From: Vicugna vicugna
Lineage: Eukaryota
NCBI GenBank assembly: GCA_013265495.1
Contig: MU058658.1
Span: 433,059 to 497,058 of the forward strand
Length of the DNA: 64,000 nucleotides
Direction: 5' to 3'
Part shown: piece after piece, positions 25,811 through 37,326 of the stretch
How positions within the stretch are numbered: the first letter of the stretch is position 1
Layout of the letters: each line of letters opens with the position of its first letter
Notes under the pieces: model-generated
Seen by the model: only the letters and a program-made list of their open reading frames with translations
Databases searched by the model: none
Told to the model about the DNA's origin: nothing
Program-made: the position numbers and the translations under genes

Positions 25811-26298
25811 TGATGAAATAAAATTTATTTTTGAAGGCAGGACGAGAACATGTAAGCATAAATTCTGTGTGTCTCTTTGGGCCTCGTCTGTCCCTAGTTA
25901 GTGTGCGTCTGCATTAACCAGACCCCTTCAAAGATGAGATGTCTGCTCCACCCTGGAGATAAACGTTTTTCCCTTTCTTCTGACACTAGCAAAGTAACTT
26001 CTTAAAGGATTAGCATTTTCCCCCCAACTCCGCAGAGGGTCACGGTGACTTTCTGCTTGCTTTGTACCTGCTTACCTGGAGTATGTATCCTTGGTGAACA
26101 TTCTGTAAAATGTCTGTACGTCATTTTGATGTACGATCCTTTATCTCATAAGTGTACATGGCTATGCTTTCCACTTCTGAGAGGCGGAACAGTTCTCAGA
26201 GCGTCTGACAGTTGTCTCCTGGCTTATAATCCTCAGTGTGGCTTGAGCAGAATTCTCCTTTTTCCTCAACTTGATTGTGAACTGACGTTTCGTTGGCA
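25811..26298 (+). mobile_element. ERV1-class solo LTR about 0.8 kb upstream of the ZSCAN4 TATA box
   Basis: LTR-like end ggcttataatcctcagtgtggcttgagcagaattctcc...ttgattgtgaactgacgtttcgttggca; 5' boundary approximate. Confidence 0.6.
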
Positions 26299-27019
26299 GG
26301 ACTGAGCGTTCTGGCAGCGGAGGGGTGAACAGGGGTTTGATTCTGGTATAATTGAGCAGAGGACAGACAGACAGTGACTAGGCTGCAGCACAGGGTCCCT
26401 TTCTGGTCAAATACATCCTTTCACTCCCCATTCTCTCCCTCGTCTTATACGGGGGTCACTCCACCTGAGTCAGGAGATGGAGGTGCTGAGTTTCACTGAA
26501 TCTCATCCCGTTGCCTTTCTTCCTGTTCAACACGCGACCCACCCTCCCGCCAACCCCAACAGCCCCACCCCTCCGCCCTCTGCCTCCCAGATCTTCACAC
26601 CCAGAGACGCGGAACGTTATAACTCAGGCATCACCCCCAGTTTCCACATTGAGTCTCTCAAATGACGTGCTTTCTCAGCATAAATAAGCATCACTCTTTC
26701 CCCTTGTCCCCAGATGGTCTTAGTTTCAGCCCTCTGACTTCTTAGCTGGACTAGAAACCCCTCCTTTGGGGTCCTGGGGTGCCCTGTGACTCAGCAGCCC
26801 TGGACTGGCGCAGGAGCAGAGAATATGAGCCTTGTTCTCTGCTTCACTTACAATCCCAAATCCTAGAAAATTAGAAAGTGTTACCAAGTTTGTGTCACAG
26901 CCACCTGGGACAAAAGCTGAGCAGAACGTCCGTGAGCCTACCTACGTGCGCCCGCTTAGTGCGATCCCTGCTGCATCTCACTGCAGAGTGTTGGTGTGTC
27001 TCATTGTTGGAAAGGCGGA

Positions 27020-27219
27020 GCTGGATGAGAATTCCATCAAGGGCTACGTCAGCAGGCACATGTTATCCGATCACGTTGTTAACTGCATCACTGCCTCAGA
27101 CCCTATAAAAGGGAGGAGCCCCAGGAAGGCCCACCAGACGAACGCAGTGCAGAGAGTCGCACAGCAGCTCAGCCTTCAGCCCCGGGTGACCCCGCCGGCA
27201 GTCCAGTCTTCCGAACGCG
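27020..27219 (+). promoter_or_regulatory. ZSCAN4: Probable ZSCAN4 core promoter and non-coding first exon
   Basis: TATAAAA at 27104-27110, three DUX-like 11-mers within 80 bp upstream, donor CG|GTGAGT at 27220; next gene exon on this strand is the ZSCAN4 SCAN exon. Confidence 0.7.
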
Positions 27220-27454
27220 GTGAGTTTCCTGAACAACAAGAAAATTTCTAACTTTGCTCTCGAGCTTTGTGCATATGCATGTGGGGGAATCCTCAGGTAC
27301 CTGCTTTCCCAGGCATGGAGGATGGTTATTTTGACAAGTGCTCTGGCCCCAAAGGGTCTGACTGAAAGAGACTCCTGTGAAAGTCTTTTTGTATGGCTTT
27401 GCTGTCTTGGTAGGTTTATGTTTCTAGTAGTTCATTTCCGTTTTGTTTTTGTTT

Positions 27455-27682
27455 TGGGGAGAGTTAATTGGGTTTATTTAATTATTTAAAAATTTTTATA
27501 TATTTATAAATAAATAAATATTTATTTATTTTAATATCATTTATAACATTATACAAATAATGTATTATATAATAATATATAAATACATATTATTTATTTT
27601 TTAGTGGAGGTACTGGGGATTGAACCCAGGACCTTGTCCATACTAAGCATGCACTCTACCACTGAGCTACAACCTCCCCCCA
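27455..27682 (-). mobile_element. Camelid vic-1-type tRNA-derived SINE with expanded AT-rich tail; other copies near 28375-28496, 36510-36586, 37710-37770, 45344-45470, 49420-49550, 50340-50447, 60706-60810 and 63945-64000
   Basis: Recurring gtggaggtactggggattgaacccaggacct...gcatgctaagcatgcactctaccactgagcta; its reverse complement carries tRNA-like A and B boxes. Confidence 0.85.
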
Positions 27683-28769
27683 GTGGTTCATTTTTATGAA
27701 AACCTGTGACAGTGCTAGTCTATGGCGGATTAGGGTGAGGGTGGGGCTGAAGTTTACAGGGTCATTTAGCAGACCCTCACTGACGCTTACCTTATGCCCT
27801 GTAGGACCTCTGCATGTGCCTCTCATAAATTAACTCACTGAGCTCTGGTAACAGAGTCCATGACACATATGGGGACCTCACAGGTAAACTGCCTGGGTCA
27901 AAGAGCTGGTTCCACCTGCCTGGCAGTCTGATTTTGAATTCCTAGGTCTTAACTGCAGTGTTCCACAGCTGTGTCGCTGTGACCTTGTGGCAGTGTGTGC
28001 CTGGGGTAGCCCCGAAGGAGAACCTGCAGGGAGGCTCAGATGAAGAAGTCATGGGATCTACAGAAGGAAAAAAAAAAGCCAGAATAGCTGGATATAGAGA
28101 ACCAGCCCCAACACCTACGATGGGGGTGGAGGGGTCGCAGGCCCAGGCCAGGCCCTGCGGTACCAGGGAGCATTTGGTACTTTTTCCCGGGGGTACAGGA
28201 AAGTAACATGGGAGTGAGACCTGAGTGGATTACATTATATTAAGGCCATCTAGTAGTTTGTAATAAATGGATTAGGAAAAGGAAAGAATGTATTAAATTT
28301 CCTCCTACAGGGTTTTTCTGGATTTATCTTTGCCTCTTTTTCTTATGTTCTTTTTTCCTTTGGAGGGTGTGGAATGGGGTAATTAGGTTTAATTAATTCA
28401 TTAAACTTTTTTAAAAAATTGGAGGTACTGGGGATTGAACCCAGGACCTCATGCAGCTAAGCACATGCTCCACCACTGAGCTATGGCTGCCCCCCGTATT
28501 AGGTTTTGTAATTTATTTTTCTGATGGGATCAAGGCAGTTGATCCAATCAGACTGCTCACTGTGTTTGATGTTAGTGTGAAATATCAACTGACAGAAGTA
28601 AATTTCTTTTCTGTGCTCTTGTTGTACTCCCACCAATCCTTCACCTTTTTTGTTTTACGGTAAGAAATTTAAAAAAACTACAAGTCCTTGAATTAGTAAC
28701 CGTGTATAAAATTGAAAAGGGCATAAAAATAGATAAATTATATAGAAGTTGGACTTAATCTTTTTAACA

Positions 28770-29560
28770 ATTGAGTTATAACTGACATCCTACCACTATA
28801 AACGATGTACTGAAGCATTATGTCAGTTTCAGATGTACAGCATGATCTGATATTTATATACATTGTGAGACAATCACCACCATAAGTCTAGTTAGGATGC
28901 TCACCGTACACAGTTGTGAACTTGTTTTTCTTGAGATGAGGACATTGAAGAGTTACTTTCTTAGCGGCTTTCAAAGATGCAAGACTGTCTTATTAACTGC
29001 AGTGCCGTGCTGTACGTTACGTCCCCTTGACTCATTTATAGCTGGAAGTTTGTACCTTTTGACCTCTTTCACCCGTTTTGCCCAGCCCCTATCTCACAGC
29101 CACCAACCTGTCCTCTGTATACATCAGCTTATGAGTTTTTTCTTTTTTCTTTTTCAAAGATTCATCATATAGGTGAGATTATACAGTATTTGCCATTGTC
29201 CGTCTTATTTCACTTAGCACATAATATCCTCAGGTCCTATCCATGTTGTCACAAAAGATTTTATTCTTTTCTATAGCTGACTAATATTCATATGTGTGTA
29301 TATATGTAACATCTCATCCATTCATTCATCAGTGGCCACTCAGGCTGTTTCTGTATCTTGGCTCTTGTACGTAAGGCTGCAGTGCAATGAGTTAGTGTTT
29401 CTGTCTTCTTCGGGTAAATACCCAGAGTGGGATTGCTCGATCATAAGGTAGTTCTATGTTTTATTTTTTCAGTAACCTTCATACTAACTTCCATAGTGGC
29501 CACACCAATTTACACTCCTATCGACAGTGCACAAGGATTTCTTTTTCTCTTAAACTTGCT
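28770..29560 (-). mobile_element. L1 3' fragment in ZSCAN4 intron 1
   Basis: cttatttcacttagcacataat...ccatgttgtcacaaa...ggctgtttctgtatcttggct...ccatagtggccacaccaatttacactcc. Confidence 0.85.
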
Positions 29561-30554
29561 TTTATCAACTTGACCTTCCAAGTGTTGTACCTACAGTTGC
29601 CCAGGTAATGTGACTTGCAAATAGTTATAAATATTGAGTAGTGGAAACTCAATTTCGTCTGAACTGACTCCCACACTCCGGTGGGAAAGGACTGATAAAC
29701 ACAATGTTGTCACTTTGATAGAAGTGAAGCAGAGACAAGTGTTAATCACAAGGAAGAGCAGCTCTGGAGGAAAGAACCAGGGAAGGCGGTGAGGGAAAGC
29801 TTCCCAGGGAAGGGCTCAGCGGGCCGACGCAGCGGTGAAGCGAGCGCGGCCAGGCAGACGCCCGTGCCTAACATACAAGTTTTCAGAAGCACAGGGAATC
29901 GTATGTGTGGATTCTGGTCCGTAGCTTCTATTTTACTCACTTTTCTCTACTTTTTCTTACGATAATCAAAGGAATATGCTTTATATAGCTCATTGCTTTA
30001 TTTAATTTCAACAACCCAGTGTCACATGGTTCATGCGTCAAGTGACTGAGTACCTGTCACTCAGCACCAGGACACTGTTCTGTCCTGTTGACCTGTTTGT
30101 CTATCCTTGTGCCGCTGTGACACCATCTTAATTATTAGAATCTCAGTACGATTTTACTACCTGGTCGTATACATCCTCCCAATTAATTCTTCAGAAATAT
30201 CCTGTCCACTTTTTTGCCTTTTGACATCCATGTCATTTTGCAATTGCTTTGTCATTTCTCTGTCACACACACACATTTTCTGGACATTCCTTGAAAACGC
30301 TTTGACTACATCACCAGTTTGGAGAGAACTGACATTTCATAGGTGTTTAATGTTGGTACTAGTGGTACAACGTTTACTTTGACTCTCTGCTTCTCTTACG
30401 ATCGAAAGTGATTTTGGAATACTGATCTTGTATCAGGCACCTTGCTAAACTCACCTCGTCTAATATTTACAGAATATTTTGGATTTCTCTACAAACAAAA
30501 TCAGGCTATCTCTAAGTAATAATTGATATGTTTTCTTTTTTTAAAATTTCCATT

Positions 30555-31530
30555 CTTTTTTATTGAATTGTAGTCAGTTTACAATGTTTTGTCAACTTCT
30601 GGTCAACAGCTTCATGTTTCAGTCATACATTTACATACATACATTCCTTTCCATATTCTTTTTCATTGTAGGTTACCACGGGATATTGAATACAGTTCCC
30701 TGTGCTGTACAGCGGAAACTTGTTGCTTATCTGTTTTATATACAATAGTTAGTGTTTACAAACCTCAAACTCCCAAATTATCCCTCCCCAGCCCCTTTCC
30801 CCTCTGGTCACCATGGGATTGTTTTCCATGTCTGTGAGTCTGTTTCTGTTTTGTAAATAAATTCATTTGTGTCTTTTTATTTTTAAGATTCCACATATAA
30901 GTGATATGGTATTTTTCTTTCTCTTTCTGGCTTACTTCACTTAGAATGAAAATCTCCAAGTCCATCCATGTTGCTGCAAGTGACATTATTTTATTAATAT
31001 TATCTCCGAGAAGTATTCCTTTGTATATATATATACACCGCATCTTCTTTAAGTTGATGCATTTCCTGATTTTTTTTTGCATTTTCTGATCTTATCTCAC
31101 TGTTAAGGTATCAAATGTTGCATAGAATTGATAATTGGCTTCCATCGCTCAACCTCAAGGATGAAACATTTAAGAATAATTCTTGTTGTGTTATTTTTTA
31201 ATGCATTGTCATAATAGTAGTTTCCTTCTATCCCTGGTTTACTAAATGTCTTTGTCGGGACTGAGCGCTGACTTTTACTAAGTGTATTTAATGTTTTTAC
31301 TAATATGATACCATTTTCTTTCAATTCTATTAATGTGGCAAATTACATTCTTTTTTGAAATTTAACCCAGAATGCATGTAGAAGATAAAATATCTGTCTC
31401 CATGATGTATTTTCTTTACATATGACTGGGTTTGATTTGCAAATATTTAGTTTAGGATTTTTGCATCCATGCTTGTATGAATTATTAGCCATAGCATTCC
31501 TTCCTTTAATGTACTTGTAAAGTTTCATTA
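30555..31530 (-). mobile_element. L1 3'UTR nested in older L1 sequence
   Basis: ttgaatacagttccctgtgctgtacag...gattccacatataagtgatatgg...tccatccatgttgctgcaa, followed by older ORF2-like antisense sequence. Confidence 0.75.
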
Positions 31531-31840
31531 TCAGAAAGGTTAACTAATTAATTAAAATAGAAGTGTCTCCTGTTTTTCCATGCTCTGTGAGAACCTGTAT
31601 ATTATTAGAGTTACGTCTTTCTTAAACTTCTCAGAATTTACCTATGAAGTAATCTGAGCCTGAAATGGATGCTTTCTTTTAACTTTTAAAATTATGTCAG
31701 TGATATAATTAAATGCATAGCTCTTCTATTTCTAGCTTATGGTCTCTGAGCATCCGCCACTATCAACATTTCATGCAACATTTATGCAACATTTGATTGT
31801 TACCTAAGTAGCAAAAGACCAGAAAGTGTATCAAATACTA

Positions 31841-32595
31841 TTTATAAATGGCCTGATTTTTTTAACATTTTTTATTGATTTACAATCATTTTACAATGTT
31901 GTGTCAAATTCCAGTGTAGAGCACAATTTTTCAGTTATACATGAACATATATATATTCATTGTCACATTTTTTCTCTGTGAGCTACCATAAGATCTTGTA
32001 TATATTTCCCTGTGCTATACAGTATAATCTTGTTTATCTATTCTACAATTTTGAAATCCCAGTCTATTTCGTCCCATCCCCTACCCCCTTGGCGACCATA
32101 AGTTTGTATTCTATGTCTGTGAGTCTATTTCTGTTTTGTGTTTATGCTTTGTTTGGTTTTTTTAGATTCCACATATGAGCGATCTCCTATGGTATTTTTC
32201 TTTCTCTTTCACTTACTTCACTTTGAATGACATTCTCCAGGAGCATCCATGTTGCTGCAAATGGTGTTATTTTGTTGTCAGTTTTTATGGCTGAGTAGTA
32301 TTCCATTGTATAAATATACCACTTGTTTTTCACCCAGTCATCTGTTGATGGACATTTAGGCTGTTTCCATGTCTTGGCTGTTGTAAATAGTGCTGCTATG
32401 AATACTGGGGTGCAGGTGTCTTTCTGAAGTAGGGTTCCTTCTGGATATATGCCCAGGAGCGGGATTCCTGGGTCATACAGTAAGTCTATTCCTAGTCTTT
32501 TGAGGAATCTCCATACTGTTTTCCACAGTGGCTGCACCAAACTGCATTCCCACCAGCAGTGAAGGAGGGTTCCCTTTTATAAATGGCCTGATTTT
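31841..32595 (-). mobile_element. Young 5'-truncated L1 with about 20-bp target-site duplication abutting the ZSCAN4 acceptor
   Basis: TTTATAAATGGCCTGATTTT at 31841-31860 and 32576-32595; interior encodes L1 ORF2 C-terminus ([32 protein letters not shown]). Confidence 0.92.
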
Positions 32596-32679
32596 GTTTT
32601 GAAACAGATCTTCAGAAACACAAGACATCAATCAAGACCTGAATCCTGGAAGTCGACTCTCTGAGCAACATTGCCAAGA

Positions 32680-33075
32680 ATGGATTTAGATCTCAGAAAT
32701 GCATTTCTACATGAACCATCCAGGGATGACCCAGGGCCAGGAAATACAGACTTGAAGCCCAGACAAGGACCTGCTCGCCTGAAGATGGAGGGTGTCTCTG
32801 AGCTCCAGAGCCCTCAGCATAGCTTATTGCAAAGCGGCAATAACTCGTGTGCAAGGCAGGAGCTGCAAAGGCTCTATAAAGCATTTCACTCGTGGCTGCA
32901 GCCAGAGAAGCACAGCAAGGATGAAATGATATTTCAAGTCATCCTGGAACAATTTATGGTCAACAGACACTTCAGTGAAAGGTCCGCTTTGAAAGAGAAA
33001 TGGGAATCAAGTGGCAGAAACCTGGAGAAATTCATGGAAGCCCTGAGCGATGGCTGCATGAAGCCACCTGGCTTA
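32680..33075 (+). CDS. ZSCAN4: ZSCAN4 coding exon 1 (SCAN domain)
   Basis: MDLDLRNAF...NNSCARQELQRLYKAFHSWLQPEKHSKDEMI...KEKWESSGRNLEKF...PPGL|gtgagt; exon acceptor AG at 32606-32607. Confidence 0.95.
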
Positions 33076-33621
33076 GTGAGTAGCGGGTTCTACCCTCTGG
33101 AGCGAGAGGCAGGAAGGACGGAGCAGTAAGTACATCCGGCTGGAGACGCCTGGAGGCAGAGAAGGGAGACTTATTACAGACCCACTTGTTAGTCAGATCA
33201 CTCTTCCTCAGCAGGGCAAATAGAACTTACTGTTCTAAGTGAGCAAGAATAAAACTTTTATGAGCATTTATTCAGTGGGACACATAGAAACCAACATATT
33301 AATTAGTGTAATTGATTTTCATTTGTGAAACAGTTGGAGGACTCAGTGAGAAATTGCCAACTGGGTAGAAAGTTCAGGATGAGAAATGCTTTAACAAGAG
33401 TTGGCTCTTCCCTCAGAAAGCCTTAGTATTCATCTTTTTTCCTTAGGGAAGACACACTAATGAAGAAATCACCATGAAATTTAATAGCAGAAATGAGGGC
33501 AGGACAGAGGTGTGGGGGCCCACAGTGTAAAGATCCTGGGACTGAGGTGCGTTTTCTAGATGGGTTTTGTCAAACAGCAGAGCCATAGATGAATGACCAG
33601 GCTTTTTGTTTTTTTAAACAG

Positions 33622-33796
33622 GTCCACGTCCACATGCAGGGACAGGAAGCCCTCTTTTCTGAAAATATGCCCTTAAGAGAAGTCATTGTGCATCTAACAA
33701 ACCAGCTGGCCATGGGAATCCCAAACAGGGTGAACGTGGGGTCACCTTTCTGGACTCCTCAAGACACTTCCATGGAAACAGGGCAGAGAGAGAAGG
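33622..33796 (+). CDS. ZSCAN4: ZSCAN4 coding exon 2
   Basis: aaacag|[26 protein letters not shown]...[12 protein letters not shown]|gtaagt. Confidence 0.9.
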
Positions 33797-33883
33797 GTAA
33801 GTCCGGGTAGCAGGGGTGCTCTGTGTGGACTTGGCCTCGGGTACAGCTGCACGGAGTCACTTTCTCTCCACACCCCCAACCAG

Positions 33884-34638
33884 GAAATGAAGATAAAGAA
33901 AATGGCGGCAACGTTTCTTCGAAAACCTGTCAAGCAAATGACAGTATTACTAGTCAAAGTGATCAGACACCTCTCCTGCTCATTGTCCAAGAAGAGAACT
34001 GTCCTCGGCTGGAAGAAGGGGGTGTTTCTCTGGAGAATCCACTCCGCTCCAGAAGAGCAGGTCCAGGCACCTCCAGGTCCCAGGAAGGGCCCCTGGAAGG
34101 ACCCTCTCATCAAGATGTCCTTCTGGAGGAAGCAGGCTTTCTCTCCGGGCCAGACCAGGTCACCCTGGAGCCTGTTCCTGCCCGTCGGAGCACTGAGGGA
34201 AACTCTGCTTGCGAGGAACACCGAGAAGGATTCCACGGAGTCCGAAAAGCATACAAATGTGAGGACTGTCCCAAGGTCTTTAGGTATTTCTCTCGGTTGA
34301 AAGTTCATCAGAGGAGACACCGGAATGAGAGGACATTTGTTTGTGCCGAGTGCAACAGAGGCTTCTTCCAGGCATCAGACCTGCGTGTGCATCAGAAGAC
34401 CCACACCGGAGAGAAGCCTTTCCTGTGCAGCACGTGCAAAGCGGCCTTCAGCCACAAAACCAACCTGCGGGCTCACGAGAGAATCCACACGGGGGAGAAG
34501 CCCTATGCGTGTCCCCTGTGCCGGAGAAGCTACCGCCAGTCATCCACCTACCACCGCCACCTGAGGACGCACCAGAAGGTTGCCCTCAGGAGTGTCCCCT
34601 CCACGCCACAAGCTTCCTTGGCCACGGCCCTAATGTAA
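33884..34638 (+). CDS. ZSCAN4: ZSCAN4 coding exon 3 with four C2H2 fingers; full protein 441 aa
   Basis: ccag|GA AAT in phase; fingers include [32 protein letters not shown] and [15 protein letters not shown], diagnostic of ZSCAN4; AATAAA at 34743. Confidence 0.95.
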
Positions 34639-35409
34639 TGTCTATAAATCTGTATGCAAGGATGTTTATTTCCAGAGTTCTTCTCTATTTAGAATATACT
34701 TTATAACTTCCTGATTGTATTTTGCATTTATTGCTTCACCCCAATAAAATGTAAGTTTAAGGAGCACAGGCAGTTCCTCAGCTCTGTTCACTGACTTATC
34801 TCAAGTGCTTTGAAGTAGCTGACACATTTCAAACAACCAAAAAATACCTGTTGAAGACGTGAATTTACCTTTAAACTGAGCTGGGTCAGATCCAGAGGGA
34901 TCGTCTGTCAGGCTTGGGCTGGAAGTCGCTGTGCTGTGGTTACTGACCATTCCAGCTCTGAGAGGCTTCAGCAGTGCATGGCGGTGAGGCATCATGATAC
35001 TTCCCTCATCACAGGCAGCAGCGGGAGGCCCTGAAGTGAGTGACTCCTGCTCTCAGAGAGAAGCATGTAGCCTTGGCCATCAAACAACTTCTCTGGTCAG
35101 GACTTTATTGTTTTTATGCTTATGTTTTAGTCTGATAAAGACACATCTTGGAGGGTAGAGAGAGCAGTAGGTTAATAGCAGAATGGGAATAACGTGGTGC
35201 TTTGACACCTGGTTACGTTACATGCTAGGGTAATCTCACAATCTTAAGACTACTGAAGACTTCTGACCCCACTCCACACACAGCTGTGATGGCGGCCCTG
35301 CATTGAGGGGCGCAGCTGAGGTGAACACTGCGCCCCCGTAGGTTCTCACCCAGCCTCCCCCCCACCCCGGTTCTAAAGCAGGGAGTGAGGGACGGCTGAT
35401 ATGTCACCG

Positions 35410-35900
<491 letters not shown>

Positions 35901-37127
35901 TTTTGGTGAAATGCAGGTGAGAGGAGATGATAGTTGATGTCTGTGCGACGTCCTTGTTGGAGCAACACCGTCACCAAACTGCCCCCTCCCACTCCCCCAC
36001 CACTCCGCCCTCCCTCCCCCACACCCTCTTCCCTTGTGTCTCCCTCCCTCCCTCCACGGCTGTTGGCCCCACACAGCTGCCATGAGCTGTTTCCTGCTGG
36101 CGTAGCACCCTGTGCACACCTGGAGCCGCCCCACATGGGTCACATCCCAGCCCTGCTACTGATGAGCCCTGTGACCCTGGGCAAGTTCGTGACCTGTCCA
36201 TCAGGTCGCCACGCTCTGCCTCACTCAGAGGCTCTCAGCTGCAGTTGTTTCCTGACTCCCACTGGGACGTGAAAGGTGAGCACTGGCCCTGGGCCTCAGC
36301 TCTAGTTGTTTCCTGTCTTTGGAGCACAAGGCTCACCACACATCCCTCAAGTGTTTCCCTAAGTTTCCTCTTCTAAGTGGAGTTTTCAGTGTAACCCTGT
36401 TCCCCTGCCTTTGCTGAGGTGTAACGAACAAACCCCTTTAATATCACAACCAGTGTGCACTGTCCCACGTGTCCCACATCTTGGTCATCTCTCTCTCTCT
36501 CTATTTTTCAATGGAGGCACTGGGGACGGAACCCAGGACCTCACGCGTGCGAAGCACGTGCTCTGCCACTGAGCTATTATCCCCTCCTTTCTGTTTTCTA
36601 TTACAAACACCTACTCCCTTATAACATACTATATTGTTTACATTTATTTTTATTATCCTGGTTAATATCCTTCATGTGATTATAAGTAACATGAGATAGG
36701 GTTTGTTGCCTCATTTGATTCCTGGCACATTACGCACACCTGATAAAAGGACCAGCGCACCACACACCTCAATAAATGTTCACCGAAATGACCAAAAAGA
36801 TGTGCCATCACTGTCTCCCTCTTCATCTTTATGCCCTGGAAATGCTATCTTATTATCCTCTTCCTCTACAAGTTCCCAGAATCTGGTATTTTTAAGTGTC
36901 CACGGGAATTTTAAAATATCACATTTGGAAAACAAACCCTCAGGATAGCCGGAAACCCAGAGGGCAGCCTGTTCGCTGCATCACCGAATTTCACAGAACT
37001 TAGTTGCTCATCTGCTATTAATAGTCAAATTATCTAAGTAACTGAATATATGTTTTCCCCATGGAGTTCTGCCACTTTCCATGGCTAACATTACTATTAA
37101 AAGAATTCCGGCTTTGCACATTTCCCA

Positions 37128-37326
37128 AGTGTTTTGCAGAGACCATCTCAACTCCTCATGTGGATGTGGTCACAGTTAGAAGTAAAATGAGTAATCAGTT
37201 CCCAGAAAGAGATGAGATCCTGGTCACAGAAACTTTCAGCTCAGAGCTCAGATATTCATTTTGCACACATGCATGGATGCCAACATGACAGCTGCCCTCC
37301 TGGCAGGAAATGACAATTTGATAAGT
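37128..37326 (+). promoter_or_regulatory. Candidate V1R promoter and 5'UTR exon, copy B (donor mutated to ATAAGT)
   Basis: tgttttgcagagaccatctcaactcctcatg...TAATCAGTTCCC...agatgagatc is homologous to 18728-18931; about 2.1 kb upstream of the V1R remnant at 39387. Confidence 0.55.

Noticed and set aside
27603..27682. tRNA-like A and B boxes
   Set aside because: Part of a dispersed SINE with an AT-rich tail; no full cloverleaf.
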